64,000 nucleotides of DNA from Mycobacteriales bacterium (GCA_036558285.1 DATBFW010000135.1:21364-85363), one strand, 5' to 3'. Counted from the stretch's first letter, positions 17,606-29,438 are shown. Notes: generated from the sequence alone by a model not told the origin. A program made the numbers and translations.

Positions 17606-18679
17606 TCAGACGTTGAAGCGGAACTCGACCACGTCGCCGTCGTGCATGGTGTAGTCCTTGCCTTCGATGCGAACCTTGCCGGCGGCGCGGGCGGCCTGCA
17701 TGGAGCCGGCGGCGATGAGGTCGTCGTAGGAGACGATCTCGGCCTTGATGAAGCCTCGCTGGAAGTCGGTGTGGATCACGCCGGCCGCCTCGGGGGCGGT
17801 CGCGCCGATCGGGATGGTCCAGGCGCGGGCCTCCTTCGGCCCGGCGGTGAGGAAGGTCTGCAGCCCGAGGGTGCGGAAGCCGACCCGGACGAGCTGGTCG
17901 AGGCCCGGCTCGTCCTGGCCGATCGAGGCGAGCAGTTCCGCAGCGTCCGCGGCGGGCAGGTCGATCAGCTCGGCCTCCACCTTCGCGTCCAGCAACACCG
18001 CCTCGGCCGGCGCGACCAGCGCCCGCAGCGAGTCCAGTGTGGACGGATCGGCCAGCGCCTCCTCGTCGACGTTGAAGACGTACAGGAACGGCTTGACGGT
18101 GAGCAGGGACAGCTCGCGCAGCGGCTCGAGGTCGACGCCGGCCGACGATAGCGTCTGCCCGCTGTCCAAGATGGACCGTGCACTCTGGACGGCCGCGAGC
18201 ACCGGCGCGCGGTCCTTGCGCAGCCTGGCCTCCTTCTCCAGCCGGGGCAACGCCCTGTCCACGGTCTGCAGGTCGGCCAGGATCAGCTCGGTGTTGACCG
18301 TCTCGATGTCGTCCTTCGGCGAGACCTGGCCCTCGACGTGCACCACGTCCGGGTCGCCGAAGGCGCGGATCACCTGGCAGATCGCGTTGGACTCGCGGAT
18401 GTTGGCGAGGAACTTGTTGCCGAGCCCCTGGCCCTCGCTCGCGCCGCGCACCAGCCCGGCGATGTCCACGAACGACACCGTCGCCGGGACCGTACGGGCG
18501 CTGTCGAACAGGGTCGCCAGCTCGCCGAGCCGGGGATCGGGCACGCCCACCACGCCGACGTTGGGCTCGATCGTCGCGAACGGGTAGTTCGCGGCGAGCA
18601 CGGAGTTCTTGGTCAGCGCGTTGAACAGGGTCGACTTCCCGACGTTCGGAAGGCCGACGATGCCGATCGTGAGTGCCAC
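17606..18679 (-). CDS. ychF: ribosome-binding / redox-regulated ATPase YchF
   Basis: VALTIGIVGLPNVGKSTLFNALT...YPFATIEPNVGVV...C-terminal TGS-like DYTMHDGDVVEFRFNV. 357 aa from GTG 18679. Confidence 0.95.
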   Translation of the reverse strand: MALTIGIVGLPNVGKSTLFNALTKNSVLAANYPFATIEPNVGVVGVPDPRLGELATLFDSARTVPATVSFVDIAGLVRGASEGQGLGNKFLANIRESNAICQVIRAFGDPDVVHVEGQVSPKDDIETVNTELILADLQTVDRALPRLEKEARLRKDRAPVLAAVQSARSILDSGQTLSSAGVDLEPLRELSLLTVKPFLYVFNVDEEALADPSTLDSLRALVAPAEAVLLDAKVEAELIDLPAADAAELLASIGQDEPGLDQLVRVGFRTLGLQTFLTAGPKEARAWTIPIGATAPEAAGVIHTDFQRGFIKAEIVSYDDLIAAGSMQAARAAGKVRIEGKDYTMHDGDVVEFRFNV

Positions 18680-18845
18680 GACAGTCCAGTCTACGGATCC
18701 GGCGGGTCCGGCCCCGGCCCGGCGACGGGCCGCCGACGCATCGGCCGACGCGGCGGCGGACCCGCGAACGGCTGACCGCGGCCGAACGGCGACGCGCCGG
18801 GCGGCTTGCCGGGGATCGGACCGGCCGCAGTGTGACCATGCTGCG

Positions 18846-20234
18846 GTGGACGTCACCACGCTGATCCTGGCTGCACTGACCGCGGTGGTCGGGCTGGTCG
18901 CCGGCCTGGCGCTGGGGCGGGGCGGTGCGGCCCGGGCGGTGGCCCAGCGGGACGCGTTGCGCGCCGACGCCGACCGGATGCGGGCCGAGAAGGATCGCGC
19001 CGAGGACCGGGCCCGGATGGCCGAGGCGGAGGCCGCGGCGTCGGCCGCAGCGCTGGACGCCGAGCGGACCGGCGAGCGGCGGCTGCGGGACGCGTTCGCC
19101 GCGCTGTCCGGCGAGGCGCTCGCCCGCAACAGCGAGGCGTTCGTCCGGCTCGCCGAGGCGAGGCTCAAGCAGGCGACCACCGAGGCCGGCGGCGATCTCG
19201 ACCGCCGCCAGCAGGCCATCGAGGGCCTGGTCGGGCCGATCAAGGAGACGCTGGGCAAGGTCGAGGCGCAGATCCGGGACGTCGAGCGCGGCCGGGAGGG
19301 TGCGTACGCGTCCCTGCTGCAACAGGTCGCCACCATGCGCCAGACGTCCGAGCAGCTGCGCACCGAGACAGCGCAGCTCGTCACCGCCCTGCGCGCGCCG
19401 CAGGTCCGCGGCCGCTGGGGCGAGCTGCAGCTGCGCCGGGTGGTCGAAGCCGCCGGCATGCTGGAGCACTGCGATTTCACCGAGCAGCCGACCAGCAGTA
19501 CCGTCGACGGCCTGCTCCGACCCGACCTGGTCGTGCACCTGGCCGGCGGCAAGAACGTGGTGGTCGACTCGAAGGTCGCGTTCTCCGGCTTCCTGGAGGC
19601 GTCCGAGGCCAGGGACGAGCCGACCCGGGAGGCCAGGCTCAAGGCACACGCGCGGCACCTGCGTACGCACGTCGACCAGCTGGCGGCCAAGGCGTACTGG
19701 GAGCGGTTCGACCCGAGCCCGGAGTTCGTCGTCTGCTTCGTACCGGCGGACGTGTTCCTCGACGCCGCGTTGCAGCAGGAGCCCGGCCTGCTCGAGCACG
19801 CCTTCGAGCGGAACGTGGTGATCGCGACGCCGTCCACGCTGGTCGCGCTGCTGCGGACGGTCGGCTACGCGTGGCGGCAGGAGGCGCTGGCGCGCAACGC
19901 GCGCGAGGTGCAGGAGCTGGCCCGGGAGTTCTACACCCGGCTGGCCACGATGGGCAGCCACGTGGACGCGGTCGGTACGGCGTTGAACTCGGCCGTCAAC
20001 CGCTACAACAAGGCGGTCAGCTCGCTGGAGAGCCGGGTGCTGGTGAGTGCACGGAAGCTGCGCGAGCTGCGGGTCACCGACGAAGAACTGCCCGCGCCGC
20101 GGCAGGTCGAGTCCGCCGCGCGCTCGGTGGAGAAGGAGGTGCTGGTGTCCGGCGACACCATCGTGCCGCTGTCCGGCACCCGCCGCCCCACCCAGGGTGA
20201 CCTGCTCGGCGGCCGCGAGGCGTCCAACAGCTGA
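18846..20234 (+). CDS. rmuC: DNA recombination protein RmuC
   Basis: N-terminal TM helix, long coiled-coil, then the RmuC nuclease-like core (LRPDLVVHLAGGKNVVVDSKV...FVVCFVPADVFL...VVIATPSTLVALLRTV). GTG 18846 start. Confidence 0.9.
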   Translation: MDVTTLILAALTAVVGLVAGLALGRGGAARAVAQRDALRADADRMRAEKDRAEDRARMAEAEAAASAAALDAERTGERRLRDAFAALSGEALARNSEAFVRLAEARLKQATTEAGGDLDRRQQAIEGLVGPIKETLGKVEAQIRDVERGREGAYASLLQQVATMRQTSEQLRTETAQLVTALRAPQVRGRWGELQLRRVVEAAGMLEHCDFTEQPTSSTVDGLLRPDLVVHLAGGKNVVVDSKVAFSGFLEASEARDEPTREARLKAHARHLRTHVDQLAAKAYWERFDPSPEFVVCFVPADVFLDAALQQEPGLLEHAFERNVVIATPSTLVALLRTVGYAWRQEALARNAREVQELAREFYTRLATMGSHVDAVGTALNSAVNRYNKAVSSLESRVLVSARKLRELRVTDEELPAPRQVESAARSVEKEVLVSGDTIVPLSGTRRPTQGDLLGGREASNS

Positions 20235-20291
20235 CGAGACGGCGAGCAACAGTCACCGGGAGTGGAGCGTCAGCGCAAGTAGAGTGCGCGC

Positions 20292-20756
20292 GTGCCGCGC
20301 CGCAACCGAGCCGAACAGGAGCGAGGCGTGTACGTCGATCAGAGGCGTGACGATGTGCGAGACCGCCGGGACGAGCCGTCGCCGTCCGGTCGGGTGGGCA
20401 CGACGCTCACCGGCGTCGGCGCCGTGGCGCTGCTCGCCGGGGTCAGCGCGGTCGCCGGCCTGCTCGACGTGCTCGCCGGCTCGGCGCTGCGGCTGATCTT
20501 CGCGGCCGGGCTGGTGCTCGGCACGCTCATCGCGTCGCTGCTGGTCGTCAGGCGTGACCTGCTGACCGTGGTGTTCGCGCCGCCGCTGGTGTTCGTGGCC
20601 GCGTCCGCGGTCGCGGTGCTGCTCGGCCGCGGCGAGTCCGGCGGCGGGCTGATCGACCTGGCCACCAGCTGGCTGGTGTACGGGTTCCCGGCGATGGCGT
20701 CGGCGACCGCCGTCGCGGTCGTGGTCTGGCTGATCCGCCGGGACCGCGGTCGTTAG
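20292..20756 (+). CDS. small integral membrane protein of unknown function
   Basis: 154 aa with a charged N-terminus followed by about 4 hydrophobic segments. Convergent 4-bp overlap with the ispH stop. Confidence 0.6.
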   Translation: MPRRNRAEQERGVYVDQRRDDVRDRRDEPSPSGRVGTTLTGVGAVALLAGVSAVAGLLDVLAGSALRLIFAAGLVLGTLIASLLVVRRDLLTVVFAPPLVFVAASAVAVLLGRGESGGGLIDLATSWLVYGFPAMASATAVAVVVWLIRRDRGR

Positions 20757-21739
20757 GCGCCGGCCGAGAGGCGGCGCAGCTCGCGGGGCAGCGCGAACGA
20801 CTGCTTCTCGTCGGCCGCGTTGACCTCGTCGACCTCGCCGTACCCGCGCTCGGCCAGCCACGCCAGCACGTCGGTGACCAGGATCTCCGGCACCGAGGCG
20901 CCGCTGGACAGGCCGACCGTGGCGACGCCGTCGAGCCACGCCTCGTCGATCGCGCTCGCGTCCTCCACCAGGTATGCGGCGCGGGCGCCGTGGTCGCGGG
21001 CGACCTCGACCATCCGCACCGAGTTGGACGAGTTGGCCGAGCCGACCACCAGGAACAGGTCGGCGCGGGCGCCGATCGCCTTGACCGCGGCCTGCCGGTT
21101 CTGGGTGGCGTAGCAGATGTCGTCGCTGGGCGGCGAGTTCAGCGTGGGGAACCGCTCGCCCAACGCCCGGACCGTCTCCAGCGTCTCGTCCACCGACAGC
21201 GTGGTCTGGGACAGCCAGACGACCTTGTCCGGGTCCTTGACCTGCACGGTCGCCGCGTCCGCGGGTCCGTCGACGAGGGTGGTCGCCGCCGGCGCCTCGC
21301 CCGCGGTGCCCACGACCTCCTCGTGGCCGTGGTGGCCGATCAGCAGGATCTCGTAACCCTCGCGGGCGAACCGCTTGGCCTCGTTGTGCACCTTCGTCAC
21401 GAGCGGGCAGGTCGCGTCGATCGTGCGCAGGTTGCGGGCAGCGGCCTGTTCGTGCACCACGGGCGCGACACCGTGCGCGGAGAAGACCACCGTGGCGCCC
21501 TCGGGGACCTCGTCGGTCTCGTCGACGAAGATCGCCCCGCGCGCCTCCAGCGCCCGCACGACGTGCAGGTTGTGCACGATCTGCTTCCGTACGTAGATCG
21601 GAGGGCCCTCGAGCTCGAGGATCCGTTCGACGGTCTGGACGGCCCGGTCGACACCGGCGCAGTAGCCGCGCGGGGTGGCGAGCAGGACCTTCTTCGGACC
21701 GGTCGGGATCATGCCCACGATGGTACGTGCGGGGGTCAC
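20753..21739 (-). CDS. ispH: 4-hydroxy-3-methylbut-2-enyl diphosphate reductase
   Basis: [27 protein letters not shown]...FSAHGVAP...[10 protein letters not shown]...SANSSNS: IspH/LytB signatures. Start at 21739 or ATG 21712. Confidence 0.95.
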   Translation of the reverse strand: MTPARTIVGMIPTGPKKVLLATPRGYCAGVDRAVQTVERILELEGPPIYVRKQIVHNLHVVRALEARGAIFVDETDEVPEGATVVFSAHGVAPVVHEQAAARNLRTIDATCPLVTKVHNEAKRFAREGYEILLIGHHGHEEVVGTAGEAPAATTLVDGPADAATVQVKDPDKVVWLSQTTLSVDETLETVRALGERFPTLNSPPSDDICYATQNRQAAVKAIGARADLFLVVGSANSSNSVRMVEVARDHGARAAYLVEDASAIDEAWLDGVATVGLSSGASVPEILVTDVLAWLAERGYGEVDEVNAADEKQSFALPRELRRLSAGA

Positions 21740-21774
21740 GAGCGTCCGGCCGGCACATGCGGCAGGCTGTGAGC

Positions 21775-22686
21775 ATGAGCACGCCGATCCCGCCGCCGCT
21801 GCGCGCCGCCGCCGGGCTGGCCGCGCTGACCATCGACGCCGCCCGCAAGGTGCCGCAGCAGCTCGTCGGCCTGCCGGTGCTGGCCGTCAGCACCGCGCTG
21901 CAGGCGTCCCTCAAGGCGCAGCAGACGTACGCCGGCCTGATCGCCCGCGGTGACGAGGTCCTCGGCCAGCTGCGCCGGCGCGAGGACGCGCCGTGGGCCC
22001 GGTTCGACGACGAGGAGCCGGCCGGCGCCCGACCGCCGTCGGCGTTCGATGCCGTTCCGGAGCCGGCCGAGGCCGCCGACGGGGTGGCCGACGCGCTGGC
22101 CGCCGAGGACCTGGCCGACGCGCTCACCGCGGAGGCGACCGAGGAGGCGGCCCTGGTCGAGGAGGTCGAGCGCGACCTCGACCCGGACCGGGACGCCGAC
22201 GTGGTGCAGCTGGCCGAGGCCAGGGCCGAGCAGGCTGAGCAGGCCGAGCAGGCCGAGGCCGACACCGAGAACGTGCTCGGCGAGATCGAGGAGGACGAGG
22301 TGGCCGCCGCCGACGCCGCGTTCGCCGACGCCGGGCTCACCGTGGTCGATCTCGACGTCGACCCGGCCGCCGCGGACCGTGCGAACGGGCGACCCGAGGG
22401 CTCGGGCACCGAACCGGGCACCGACATGCCGGCCGACGGCATGGCACTGGCCGCCGACGCCGCCGCGACCGGAGCGGCGCTGGCCGCGGACATCGCGGTC
22501 GGCGGGCCGGGCGGGCCGCCGGTCGCCGGCTACGACGACCTGTCCATCCCGCAGCTGCGCGGCCGGCTGCGTGGGCTGTCGGTGGAACAGGTCGAGGCGC
22601 TGCTCGCGTACGAGCGGGCGACCCGGGTCCGGCCGCCGTACCTGACGATGCTGGAGAACCGGCTCACCACGCTGCGCTCCAGGTGA
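21775..22686 (+). CDS. conserved hypothetical protein with acidic Ala/Asp/Glu-rich centre
   Basis: [36 protein letters not shown]... has a well-behaved C-terminal domain ([41 protein letters not shown]). Its stop overlaps the xseA start. It occupies the Rv1109c-like position. Confidence 0.6.
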   Translation: MSTPIPPPLRAAAGLAALTIDAARKVPQQLVGLPVLAVSTALQASLKAQQTYAGLIARGDEVLGQLRRREDAPWARFDDEEPAGARPPSAFDAVPEPAEAADGVADALAAEDLADALTAEATEEAALVEEVERDLDPDRDADVVQLAEARAEQAEQAEQAEADTENVLGEIEEDEVAAADAAFADAGLTVVDLDVDPAAADRANGRPEGSGTEPGTDMPADGMALAADAAATGAALAADIAVGGPGGPPVAGYDDLSIPQLRGRLRGLSVEQVEALLAYERATRVRPPYLTMLENRLTTLRSR

Positions 22687-23960
22687 CCAACCCGACCAGT
22701 CCCGAATCCCCGTGGCCGGTCCGCACGGTGGCGATGAAGATCGCCGACTGGGTGGCCCGGCTCGGCGAGGTCTGGGTGGAGGGCCAGGTCACCCAGCTCA
22801 ACCGGCGCGGCAACGCGACCGCGTTCCTCACCCTGCGCGACCCGGCCGCGGACGTGTCGGTGTCGGTGACCTGCCGCGGCGACGTGCTCGACGGGATCGT
22901 GCTGACCGAGGGCGCCCGGGTGGTGATCCGGGCCCGGCCGGACTACTACGTCGGCCGGGGCACGCTGACGCTGCGGGCCACCGAGGTGCGCCCGGTCGGC
23001 GTCGGCGAGCTGCTGGCCCGGCTGGAGCGGCTCAAGCGGATCCTGTACGCGGAGGGCCTGTTCGCGCCGGAGCGCAAGCGGCCGCTGCCGTTCCTGCCGA
23101 CCAAGGTCGGCCTGGTAACCGGGCGGGCGTCGGCGGCCGAGCGGGACGTGCTGGAGAACGCGCGACGGCGCTGGCCGGCCGTCGCGTTCCGGGTGGAGGC
23201 GGTGCCGGTGCAGGGGCCGACCGCGGTGCCGGCGATCGTCGACGCACTGCACCGGCTGGACCACGACCGGGACGTCGACGTGATCGTGGTCGCCCGCGGC
23301 GGCGGTTCGGTCGAGGACCTGCTGCCGTTCAGCGACGAGGCGCTGATCCGGGCGGTGGCGGCGCTGCGGACGCCGGTGGTGAGCGCGATCGGGCACGAGC
23401 CGGACTCGCCGCTGCTCGACCTGGTCGCGGACGTCCGGTGCTCGACGCCGACGGACGCGGGCAAGCGGGTCGTGCCGGACGTCGCCGAGGAGCTGTCGCG
23501 TGTGGACACCCTGCGACAGCGGGGCCGCCGGGTGCTCGGCGCCAGGGTGGACCGCGGCCTGGCGGAGCTGGACGCGCTGCGCCGGTCCGGGCGGCGCTGC
23601 GTGACGCACGCGCTGGACGTGTCGCTGTCCACAGTGGACGGGCTGCGGACCAGGGCCCGGCGGTCGGTACGGGACCGGCTGGCCGCGGCCGAGGCGGACC
23701 TCGAGCACTCCCGGGCGCGGGTGGCGGCGCTGTCGCCGGCGGCGACACTGCAGCGCGGGTACGCGGTGGTGCAGAAGGCGGCCGACGAGACGGTCGTCCG
23801 GGAGCCGGCCGACGCGCCGGACGGCACGGCGCTGCGGGTGCGGGTCGCCGGCGGCTCCCTCGACGCGGTCGCCGGGCCGGCCGGATCGACCGCGCCAGCC
23901 GGATCGGTCCGGTCGACCGGGCCCGCGGGGCCGACCGGGCCGGCCGGGCCGACCGGGTAG
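22683..23960 (+). CDS. xseA: exodeoxyribonuclease VII large subunit
   Basis: [32 protein letters not shown]... (OB fold), then [24 protein letters not shown] overlap with the upstream gene. The C-terminal tail is PAG/PTG-repetitive. Confidence 0.9.
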   Translation: MTNPTSPESPWPVRTVAMKIADWVARLGEVWVEGQVTQLNRRGNATAFLTLRDPAADVSVSVTCRGDVLDGIVLTEGARVVIRARPDYYVGRGTLTLRATEVRPVGVGELLARLERLKRILYAEGLFAPERKRPLPFLPTKVGLVTGRASAAERDVLENARRRWPAVAFRVEAVPVQGPTAVPAIVDALHRLDHDRDVDVIVVARGGGSVEDLLPFSDEALIRAVAALRTPVVSAIGHEPDSPLLDLVADVRCSTPTDAGKRVVPDVAEELSRVDTLRQRGRRVLGARVDRGLAELDALRRSGRRCVTHALDVSLSTVDGLRTRARRSVRDRLAAAEADLEHSRARVAALSPAATLQRGYAVVQKAADETVVREPADAPDGTALRVRVAGGSLDAVAGPAGSTAPAGSVRSTGPAGPTGPAGPTG

Positions 23961-23961
23961 C

Positions 23962-24171
23962 GTGCCGGCCGTGAGCGAGCCGTCGCTGGGGTACGAGCAG
24001 GCCCGGGAGGAGCTGGCCGAGGTGGTCCGCCGGCTGGAGGCGGGCGGGCTGAGCCTGGAGGAGTCGCTGGCGCTGTGGGAGCGCGGCGAGAAGCTCGCCG
24101 ACATCTGCCAGCAGTGGCTGGACGGCGCCCGCAAGCGGCTCGACGCAGCCCTCGGCGAGCCCGAGGAGTAG
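23962..24171 (+). CDS. xseB: exodeoxyribonuclease VII small subunit
   Basis: 69 aa, [43 protein letters not shown]. Starts 2 nt after the xseA stop. Confidence 0.9.
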   Translation: MPAVSEPSLGYEQAREELAEVVRRLEAGGLSLEESLALWERGEKLADICQQWLDGARKRLDAALGEPEE

Positions 24172-24214
24172 CCAATCCGGTGACACGGACACCCGGGTCG
24201 CGGTGGAATGTGGC

Positions 24215-25840
24215 ATGGACCGGGAGCTCGACCGGGCGCGGGCGGCGCACCGGCAGCAGGCGTGGGCGGACGCGTACGCCCGGTTCAGCGCGGTCGACGA
24301 GGTCGAGCCGCTCGACCCGGCCGACCTCGAGCTGGCCGCCGAGGCCGCGGACCTGTCCGGCCGCAGCGACGACGCCGTCCGGCTGCTGCGGCGCGCCTAC
24401 CCCGCCTACGCGGAGGCGGACGCGGTCGGTCCGGCACTGCGCTGCGCCTACTGGCTGGGCAAGACGCTCGCCTGGGGCGGCGAGTTCGCCCAGGCCGGCG
24501 CGTGGCTGGCCCGGGCCCGGCGGCTGGCCGAGGCGAACCCGGACTGCCCGGAGCGGGCATACCTGCTGGCTTACGAGGCTGAGCAGCTGCTGCGGGCCGG
24601 CGCCTCCGCCGAGCTGGTGCCGACCGCGCAGGCCCTGGTCGAGGCGGCCGTCCCCGGCACCGACGCCGACCTGACCGCGGTCGCACTCATGACGTCCGGC
24701 TGGGCGCTGGTCTCCACCGGCCGGGTGGCGCCCGGCCTCGCGCGCCTGGACGAGGCGATGGTCCCGGTCGCCGGCGGCGACCTGTCCGCCCGGGCGACCG
24801 GGATGATCTACTGCGTCGTCATCGGCATCTGCCAGCGCCTGCACGAGCTGCACCGGGCGCGGGAGTGGTCCCAGGCGCTGGCGGACTGGTGCGCGGTCCA
24901 GCCGGAGTTCACCGGCGCGTACCGGGGACTGTGCCGGGTGCACCGGGTCGTGCTGCTGCGGCTGAGCGGGGGCTGGCCGACCGCGCTGAGCGAGGCACGG
25001 CTCGCCTGCACCCAGCTCACCGGCCGGTACGGCGAGGTGGTCGCCGGGGCCGCGTTCTACGAGCTGGCCGAGCTGCACCGGCTGCGCGGCGAGTCCGCCG
25101 AGGCCGAGGCGGCGTACCGGGACGCGCTGCGCTACGGCGGCGACATCCAGCCCGGGATGGCGCTGCTCTGGCTGGCGCAGGGCCGCACCGACGCGGCCGC
25201 CGCCGCGGTCCGGCGGGCCCTGGCCGAGGCCGCCGACCTGGCCCAGCGCGCGCCGCTGCTGCCGGCGGCGGCCGAGGTGCTGGCTGCGGCCGGCGACCTG
25301 ACCGGCGCGGCGCAGGCGGCGGCCGAGCTGGCCGCGGTCGCCGAGGAGCTGGGCACCACCGCGCTGGTGGCGATGTCCGGACAGGCGACCGGGACGGTGC
25401 ACCTGGCCGAGGGCGCGGCGGAGAAGGCGCTGCCGGCGCTGCGGACCGCGTGCCGGCAGTGGCACGAGCTGGACGTCCCGTACGAGGCGGCCCGGACCAG
25501 GGTGCTGATCGCGCAGGCGTGCCGGACTCTCGGCGACCGGGAGTCGGCCGATCTCGAGCTGGAGACGGCCCGCCGGGTGTTCGCCGAGCTCGGCGCGGTC
25601 ACCGACCTGTCCACAGTGGACGGCATGGCCAGGTCCGGTGTGGACACTGCCGGGCTGTCGCCGCGGGAGCTCGAGGTGGTCCGGCTGGTGGCGGCCGGCC
25701 GGAGCAACCAGGCGATCGCCGCGGAGCTGGTGCTGTCCGAGAAGACCGTCGCCCGGCACCTGAGCAACATCTTCGGCAAGCTCGGGGTCACGTCGCGGAC
25801 CGCGGCGGCCGCGTACGCGTACGAGCACGGGCTGGTCTGA
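24215..25840 (+). CDS. LuxR-family transcriptional regulator with long helical (TPR-like) N-terminal region
   Basis: C-terminal LSPRELEVVRLVAAGRSNQAIAAELVLSEKTVARHLSNIFGKLGV. No Walker A was seen in the N-terminal ~470 aa, which is Ala/Leu-rich and helical-repeat-like. Confidence 0.8.
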   Translation: MDRELDRARAAHRQQAWADAYARFSAVDEVEPLDPADLELAAEAADLSGRSDDAVRLLRRAYPAYAEADAVGPALRCAYWLGKTLAWGGEFAQAGAWLARARRLAEANPDCPERAYLLAYEAEQLLRAGASAELVPTAQALVEAAVPGTDADLTAVALMTSGWALVSTGRVAPGLARLDEAMVPVAGGDLSARATGMIYCVVIGICQRLHELHRAREWSQALADWCAVQPEFTGAYRGLCRVHRVVLLRLSGGWPTALSEARLACTQLTGRYGEVVAGAAFYELAELHRLRGESAEAEAAYRDALRYGGDIQPGMALLWLAQGRTDAAAAAVRRALAEAADLAQRAPLLPAAAEVLAAAGDLTGAAQAAAELAAVAEELGTTALVAMSGQATGTVHLAEGAAEKALPALRTACRQWHELDVPYEAARTRVLIAQACRTLGDRESADLELETARRVFAELGAVTDLSTVDGMARSGVDTAGLSPRELEVVRLVAAGRSNQAIAAELVLSEKTVARHLSNIFGKLGVTSRTAAAAYAYEHGLV

Positions 25841-25953
25841 GCCGGGTACGCAGAACTACCCATGCCCTTCCGGCACGAATGGGCAGTGCTTCCGAAGCGG
25901 GCGGACCGCCGTCCTGGCGAGCATCTCCTCACGACGACCGAGAGGAGAAAGTC

Positions 25954-27057
25954 ATGATCGTCGAACGGTTCGAGACCGTGATCGTGGGCGGCGGACAGGC
26001 CGGGCTGGCGATGGGATACCAGCTGGCCCGCCGGCACCGCCCGTTCGTCATCCTGGAAGCCGCCGACCAGGTCGGCGACTCCTGGCGGAACCGCTGGGAC
26101 TCGCTGCGGCTGTTCAGCCCGGCGAAGTACGACGGGCTGCCGGGCACGCCGTACCCGGGGCCGGACTGGTCCTTCCCGACGCACCAGGAGTTCGCCGACT
26201 ACCTGGTCGACTACGCGGCCCGGTGGGAGCTGCCGGTGCGGACCGGCGTCACCGTGCGGCGGCTCTGGCACGACGGGGAGCGCTACGTGCTCGACGCGGG
26301 CGACCACCGGTACGAGGCGGACAACGTGGTGGTCGCGGCCGGGTACGACCGGGTCCCGACGGTCCCGCAGTTCGCCGCCGAGCTGGACCGGCGGATCGTC
26401 CAGCTCACCCCGCGCGACTACCGCAACCCGGCGCAGCTGGCCGACGGCGACGTGCTCGTGGTCGGCGCCGGCAACTCCGGCGCGGACATCGCGCTGGACC
26501 TGGCCGGGACGCACCGGGTGCTGCTGTCCGGCCGGCACCCCGGCCAGCTGCCGTGGCACATCGACCGGTGGACGGCGCGGCTGTTCACCCCGCTGGTGAT
26601 GTTCGTGTTCCGGCACGTGCTGACCGTGCGCACGCCGATGGGCCGGGCGATGCGCCGCCGTGCCCTGGCGCACAGCGGACCGCTGATCCGGATCAAGTCG
26701 GCCGACCTGGCCGCGGCCGGGATCGAGCGGACGGCCCGGACGGTCGGCGTGACCGACGGGCGGCCAGCGCTCGCCGACGGTCGGCAGCTCGACGTGGCCA
26801 ACGTCGTGTGGGCCACCGGGTTCCGCCCGGACGCCGGCTGGATCGACCTGCCCGGCCTGGACGCCGGCGGCGACCCGGAGCAGCGCCGCGGCGCGGTGGC
26901 CGGCCGACCCGGCCTGTACTTCCTCGGCCGGCTGTTCCAGGACTCGCTGTCCTCCTCGATGATCCAGGGCGTCGGACAGGACGCCGGCCACATCGCGGCG
27001 GACATCGCCCGGCAGGCCCGGACCGGGCGCCCGGCGGCCGAGCCGCTGGCCGCGTGA
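25954..27057 (+). CDS. FAD/NAD(P)-dependent flavin-containing monooxygenase-like oxidoreductase
   Basis: VIVGGGQAGLAMG (FAD GxGxxG) and VVGAGNSGADIA (NADPH GxGxxG). GAGAGGAGAAA RBS before ATG 25954. Confidence 0.85.
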   Translation: MIVERFETVIVGGGQAGLAMGYQLARRHRPFVILEAADQVGDSWRNRWDSLRLFSPAKYDGLPGTPYPGPDWSFPTHQEFADYLVDYAARWELPVRTGVTVRRLWHDGERYVLDAGDHRYEADNVVVAAGYDRVPTVPQFAAELDRRIVQLTPRDYRNPAQLADGDVLVVGAGNSGADIALDLAGTHRVLLSGRHPGQLPWHIDRWTARLFTPLVMFVFRHVLTVRTPMGRAMRRRALAHSGPLIRIKSADLAAAGIERTARTVGVTDGRPALADGRQLDVANVVWATGFRPDAGWIDLPGLDAGGDPEQRRGAVAGRPGLYFLGRLFQDSLSSSMIQGVGQDAGHIAADIARQARTGRPAAEPLAA

Positions 27058-27061
27058 GGCG

Positions 27062-27619
27062 TCAGCGCACCGAGGCGGCCAGCTCGGCCAGGTCCGTACC
27101 GGACGCATCGCCGGTCACCAGCACGCCCGCCTTCCCGATCGTGGTGGCGAGCAGCTGCTCACCGCGCTGCGTCCGGTACGCCTGCCAGCGGGTCGCGCCG
27201 ACCGGCACGGTGCCGTCCGCGGTCGCGCCGGGCTGGGTGGCGGTGACCAGCAGGTCGACCGGCCGGTCGCCGATGACGACCTCGGCGAACCGGTTCTCGT
27301 CGGTCAGGTAGCCGATCGTCAGCGTCACCGGCGACCGCTTCTCCCCCGCCGGCGCGTCCACGCGCGAGCTGGTCGCCCGCCAGTCTCCGGGCAGCGGGCC
27401 GGGCGCCGGCAGCGGCACCGGCGAGATCCGCTGCGCGTCCGTCACGTCGGGGCGGGGGTCGACCGAGGGCACCGGCGTCGGCGCGCCGCGCTGCCAGAGC
27501 ACCAGCACCACGATGACGATCACGATCGGCACCAGCGACCAGAGCAGCCCGGTGAACGACCGCCCGGGTCGCCGGCGGCGCTCGGTCGGCACCGGCGTCT
27601 GCGTACTCACACCGACCAT
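27062..27619 (-). CDS. DUF4245-like membrane-anchored protein (Rv1100-like position)
   Basis: 185 aa with a single N-terminal TM ([18 protein letters not shown]). Divergent from glpX, as in other actinobacteria. Confidence 0.65.
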   Translation of the reverse strand: MVGVSTQTPVPTERRRRPGRSFTGLLWSLVPIVIVIVVLVLWQRGAPTPVPSVDPRPDVTDAQRISPVPLPAPGPLPGDWRATSSRVDAPAGEKRSPVTLTIGYLTDENRFAEVVIGDRPVDLLVTATQPGATADGTVPVGATRWQAYRTQRGEQLLATTIGKAGVLVTGDASGTDLAELAASVR

Positions 27620-27692
27620 TGTGGCGCGGCCGTCCGGGTGCGGCGTCTGGGAGGATGCGGTCGTTGCCCGCAACGCGCCACGGGAGGCCGCT

Positions 27693-28733
27693 GTGACCGA
27701 TGTCCCTCCGGAGCTCGCCGTCCGCCGCGAGGCGCCGGACCGCAACCTCGCGCTGGAGCTGGTGCGGGTGACCGAGGCCGCGGCGATGGCCGCCGGCCGC
27801 TGGGTCGGCCGCGGCGACAAGAACGGCGGTGACGGCGCCGCCGTCGACGCGATGCGCACGCTGATCAGCACGGTCTCGATGCGCGGTGTCGTCGTCATCG
27901 GCGAGGGCGAGAAGGACGAGGCGCCGATGCTGTTCAACGGCGAGGAGGTCGGCGCCGGCGAGGGACCGGAGTGCGACGTCGCCGTCGACCCGGTGGACGG
28001 CACCACGCTGATGGCCAAGGGCATGCCCAACGCGATCGCCGTGCTCGCCGTCGCCGAGCGCGGCACCATGTACGACCCGTCCGCGGTGTTCTACATGGAC
28101 AAGCTGGCCACCGGCGCCGAGGCCGCGGACGTCGTGGACATCACCGTGCCGCCGAAAGAGAACATCGCCCGGGTGGCCAAGGCCAAGGGCGCCGCGCGCG
28201 AGGACGTCACCGTCTGCATCCTCGACCGGCCGCGGCACGAGGACCTGGTGCGCCAGGTGCGGGAGGCGGGCGCCCGGATCAAGTTCATCTCCGACGGCGA
28301 CGTGGCCGGCGCGATCATGGCCGCTCGCGAGGGCACCGGAGTCGACCTGCTGCTCGGCGTCGGCGGCACGCCCGAGGCGATCATCGCCGCCTGCGCGCTG
28401 ACCTGCATGGGCGGCGTCCTGCAAGGCAAGCTGTGGCCGCGCGACGACGCCGAGCGGCAGAAGGCCCTCGCCGCCGGGCACGACCTCGACCAGGTGCTCA
28501 CCACCCGCGACCTGGTCAGCACCGACAACGTCTACTTCGCCGCGACCGGGGTGACCGACGGCGAGCTGATGCGCGGGGTGCGCTACCGGGCCGGCGGCGC
28601 GCAGACCCAGTCGATCGTCATGCGCGGCAAGAGCGGGACGATCCGGCTGGTGGACAGCTGGCACTCGCTGACCAAGCTCCGGGCCTACTCGTCGATCGAC
28701 TTCGACGGGCCCGGCACCGGGCTAGACGGTTGA
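27693..28733 (+). CDS. glpX: class II fructose-1,6-bisphosphatase
   Basis: [39 protein letters not shown]...[13 protein letters not shown]...VDPVDGTT: GlpX signatures. GGGAGG lies before GTG 27693. Confidence 0.95.
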   Translation: MTDVPPELAVRREAPDRNLALELVRVTEAAAMAAGRWVGRGDKNGGDGAAVDAMRTLISTVSMRGVVVIGEGEKDEAPMLFNGEEVGAGEGPECDVAVDPVDGTTLMAKGMPNAIAVLAVAERGTMYDPSAVFYMDKLATGAEAADVVDITVPPKENIARVAKAKGAAREDVTVCILDRPRHEDLVRQVREAGARIKFISDGDVAGAIMAAREGTGVDLLLGVGGTPEAIIAACALTCMGGVLQGKLWPRDDAERQKALAAGHDLDQVLTTRDLVSTDNVYFAATGVTDGELMRGVRYRAGGAQTQSIVMRGKSGTIRLVDSWHSLTKLRAYSSIDFDGPGTGLDG

Positions 28734-29438
28734 CCGTGCGAGGCAGATGATCTCCGGGCTGTCCTCGGTGAGCGGGCCGCGGTCCCAGTCGCCGTAGTAG
28801 GTCTCGACCTGCAGCCCGGCCTCGGCCAGGAACCGGTCCAGCTCGATGCGGGGCAGGAACCGCAGCGTGCCGAGGTCGACGTGGTCGTGCCAGCGGGCGC
28901 CGTCGGTGATCTCGGCGAACGTCACGAACTCGCCCTCCACCTTGCGCACCTCGTACCGGACCGTCACGGCGTCGCCCTGGTACGGCAGCTCGAACGAGCT
29001 GCCGTCCCACGACTCCCAGGCCTTCGCGCCCGGGTTGCGGGTCTCGAACGCGACCCGGCCGGCTGGCCGGATCGCGTCCCGCATCCCCTGCAGCGTGGCC
29101 AGGACCTCCTCGTCGGTGCGCAGTTCCTGGAAGGCATGGCCGGTCATCGTGACCAGGTCGAACTCCCGGTCGTACGCGCCGGGCCGGAGCACCCCGGATA
29201 CCCACTCGATCGACGGCTCCTCGCGGGCGACGGCCAGCATGCCGGCGCCAGGGTCGAGCCCGACGAGCCGGCCGCGATGGCCGTCCCGCCGGGCCCGCTT
29301 GAGCAGCGTGCCGGTGCCGCAGCCGACGTCGAGCACGTCCCCGGCCGCGCGGACCAGCGACAGGTAGAACTCGTCGCCCGGCCCCCACGGGTTCTGCGCG
29401 TCGTACAGGCGGCCGTCCTCGACGTCGGCGTAACTCAC
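28722..29438 (-). CDS. class I SAM-dependent methyltransferase
   Basis: Motif [13 protein letters not shown], then post-[15 protein letters not shown] 29438 overlaps the stop of the upstream VOC gene (GTGA). Confidence 0.85.
   Translation of the reverse strand: MSYADVEDGRLYDAQNPWGPGDEFYLSLVRAAGDVLDVGCGTGTLLKRARRDGHRGRLVGLDPGAGMLAVAREEPSIEWVSGVLRPGAYDREFDLVTMTGHAFQELRTDEEVLATLQGMRDAIRPAGRVAFETRNPGAKAWESWDGSSFELPYQGDAVTVRYEVRKVEGEFVTFAEITDGARWHDHVDLGTLRFLPRIELDRFLAEAGLQVETYYGDWDRGPLTEDSPEIICLARSTV

Noticed and set aside
17451-20249. Very long alternative-frame or antisense ORFs throughout the window, for example 17451-20249(-), 822-2213(-), the 5' part of 1004-3613(+), 20253-22493(-), 22946-25828(-), 37141-40275(+), 46161-51029(-) and 59832-61967(-).
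   Set aside because: Their translations are dominated by Arg/Pro/Gly/Ala/His runs with no recognisable motifs. Each is fully shadowed by an ORF with clear family signatures on the other strand or frame. This is the expected stop-codon-poor artefact of >70% GC DNA.
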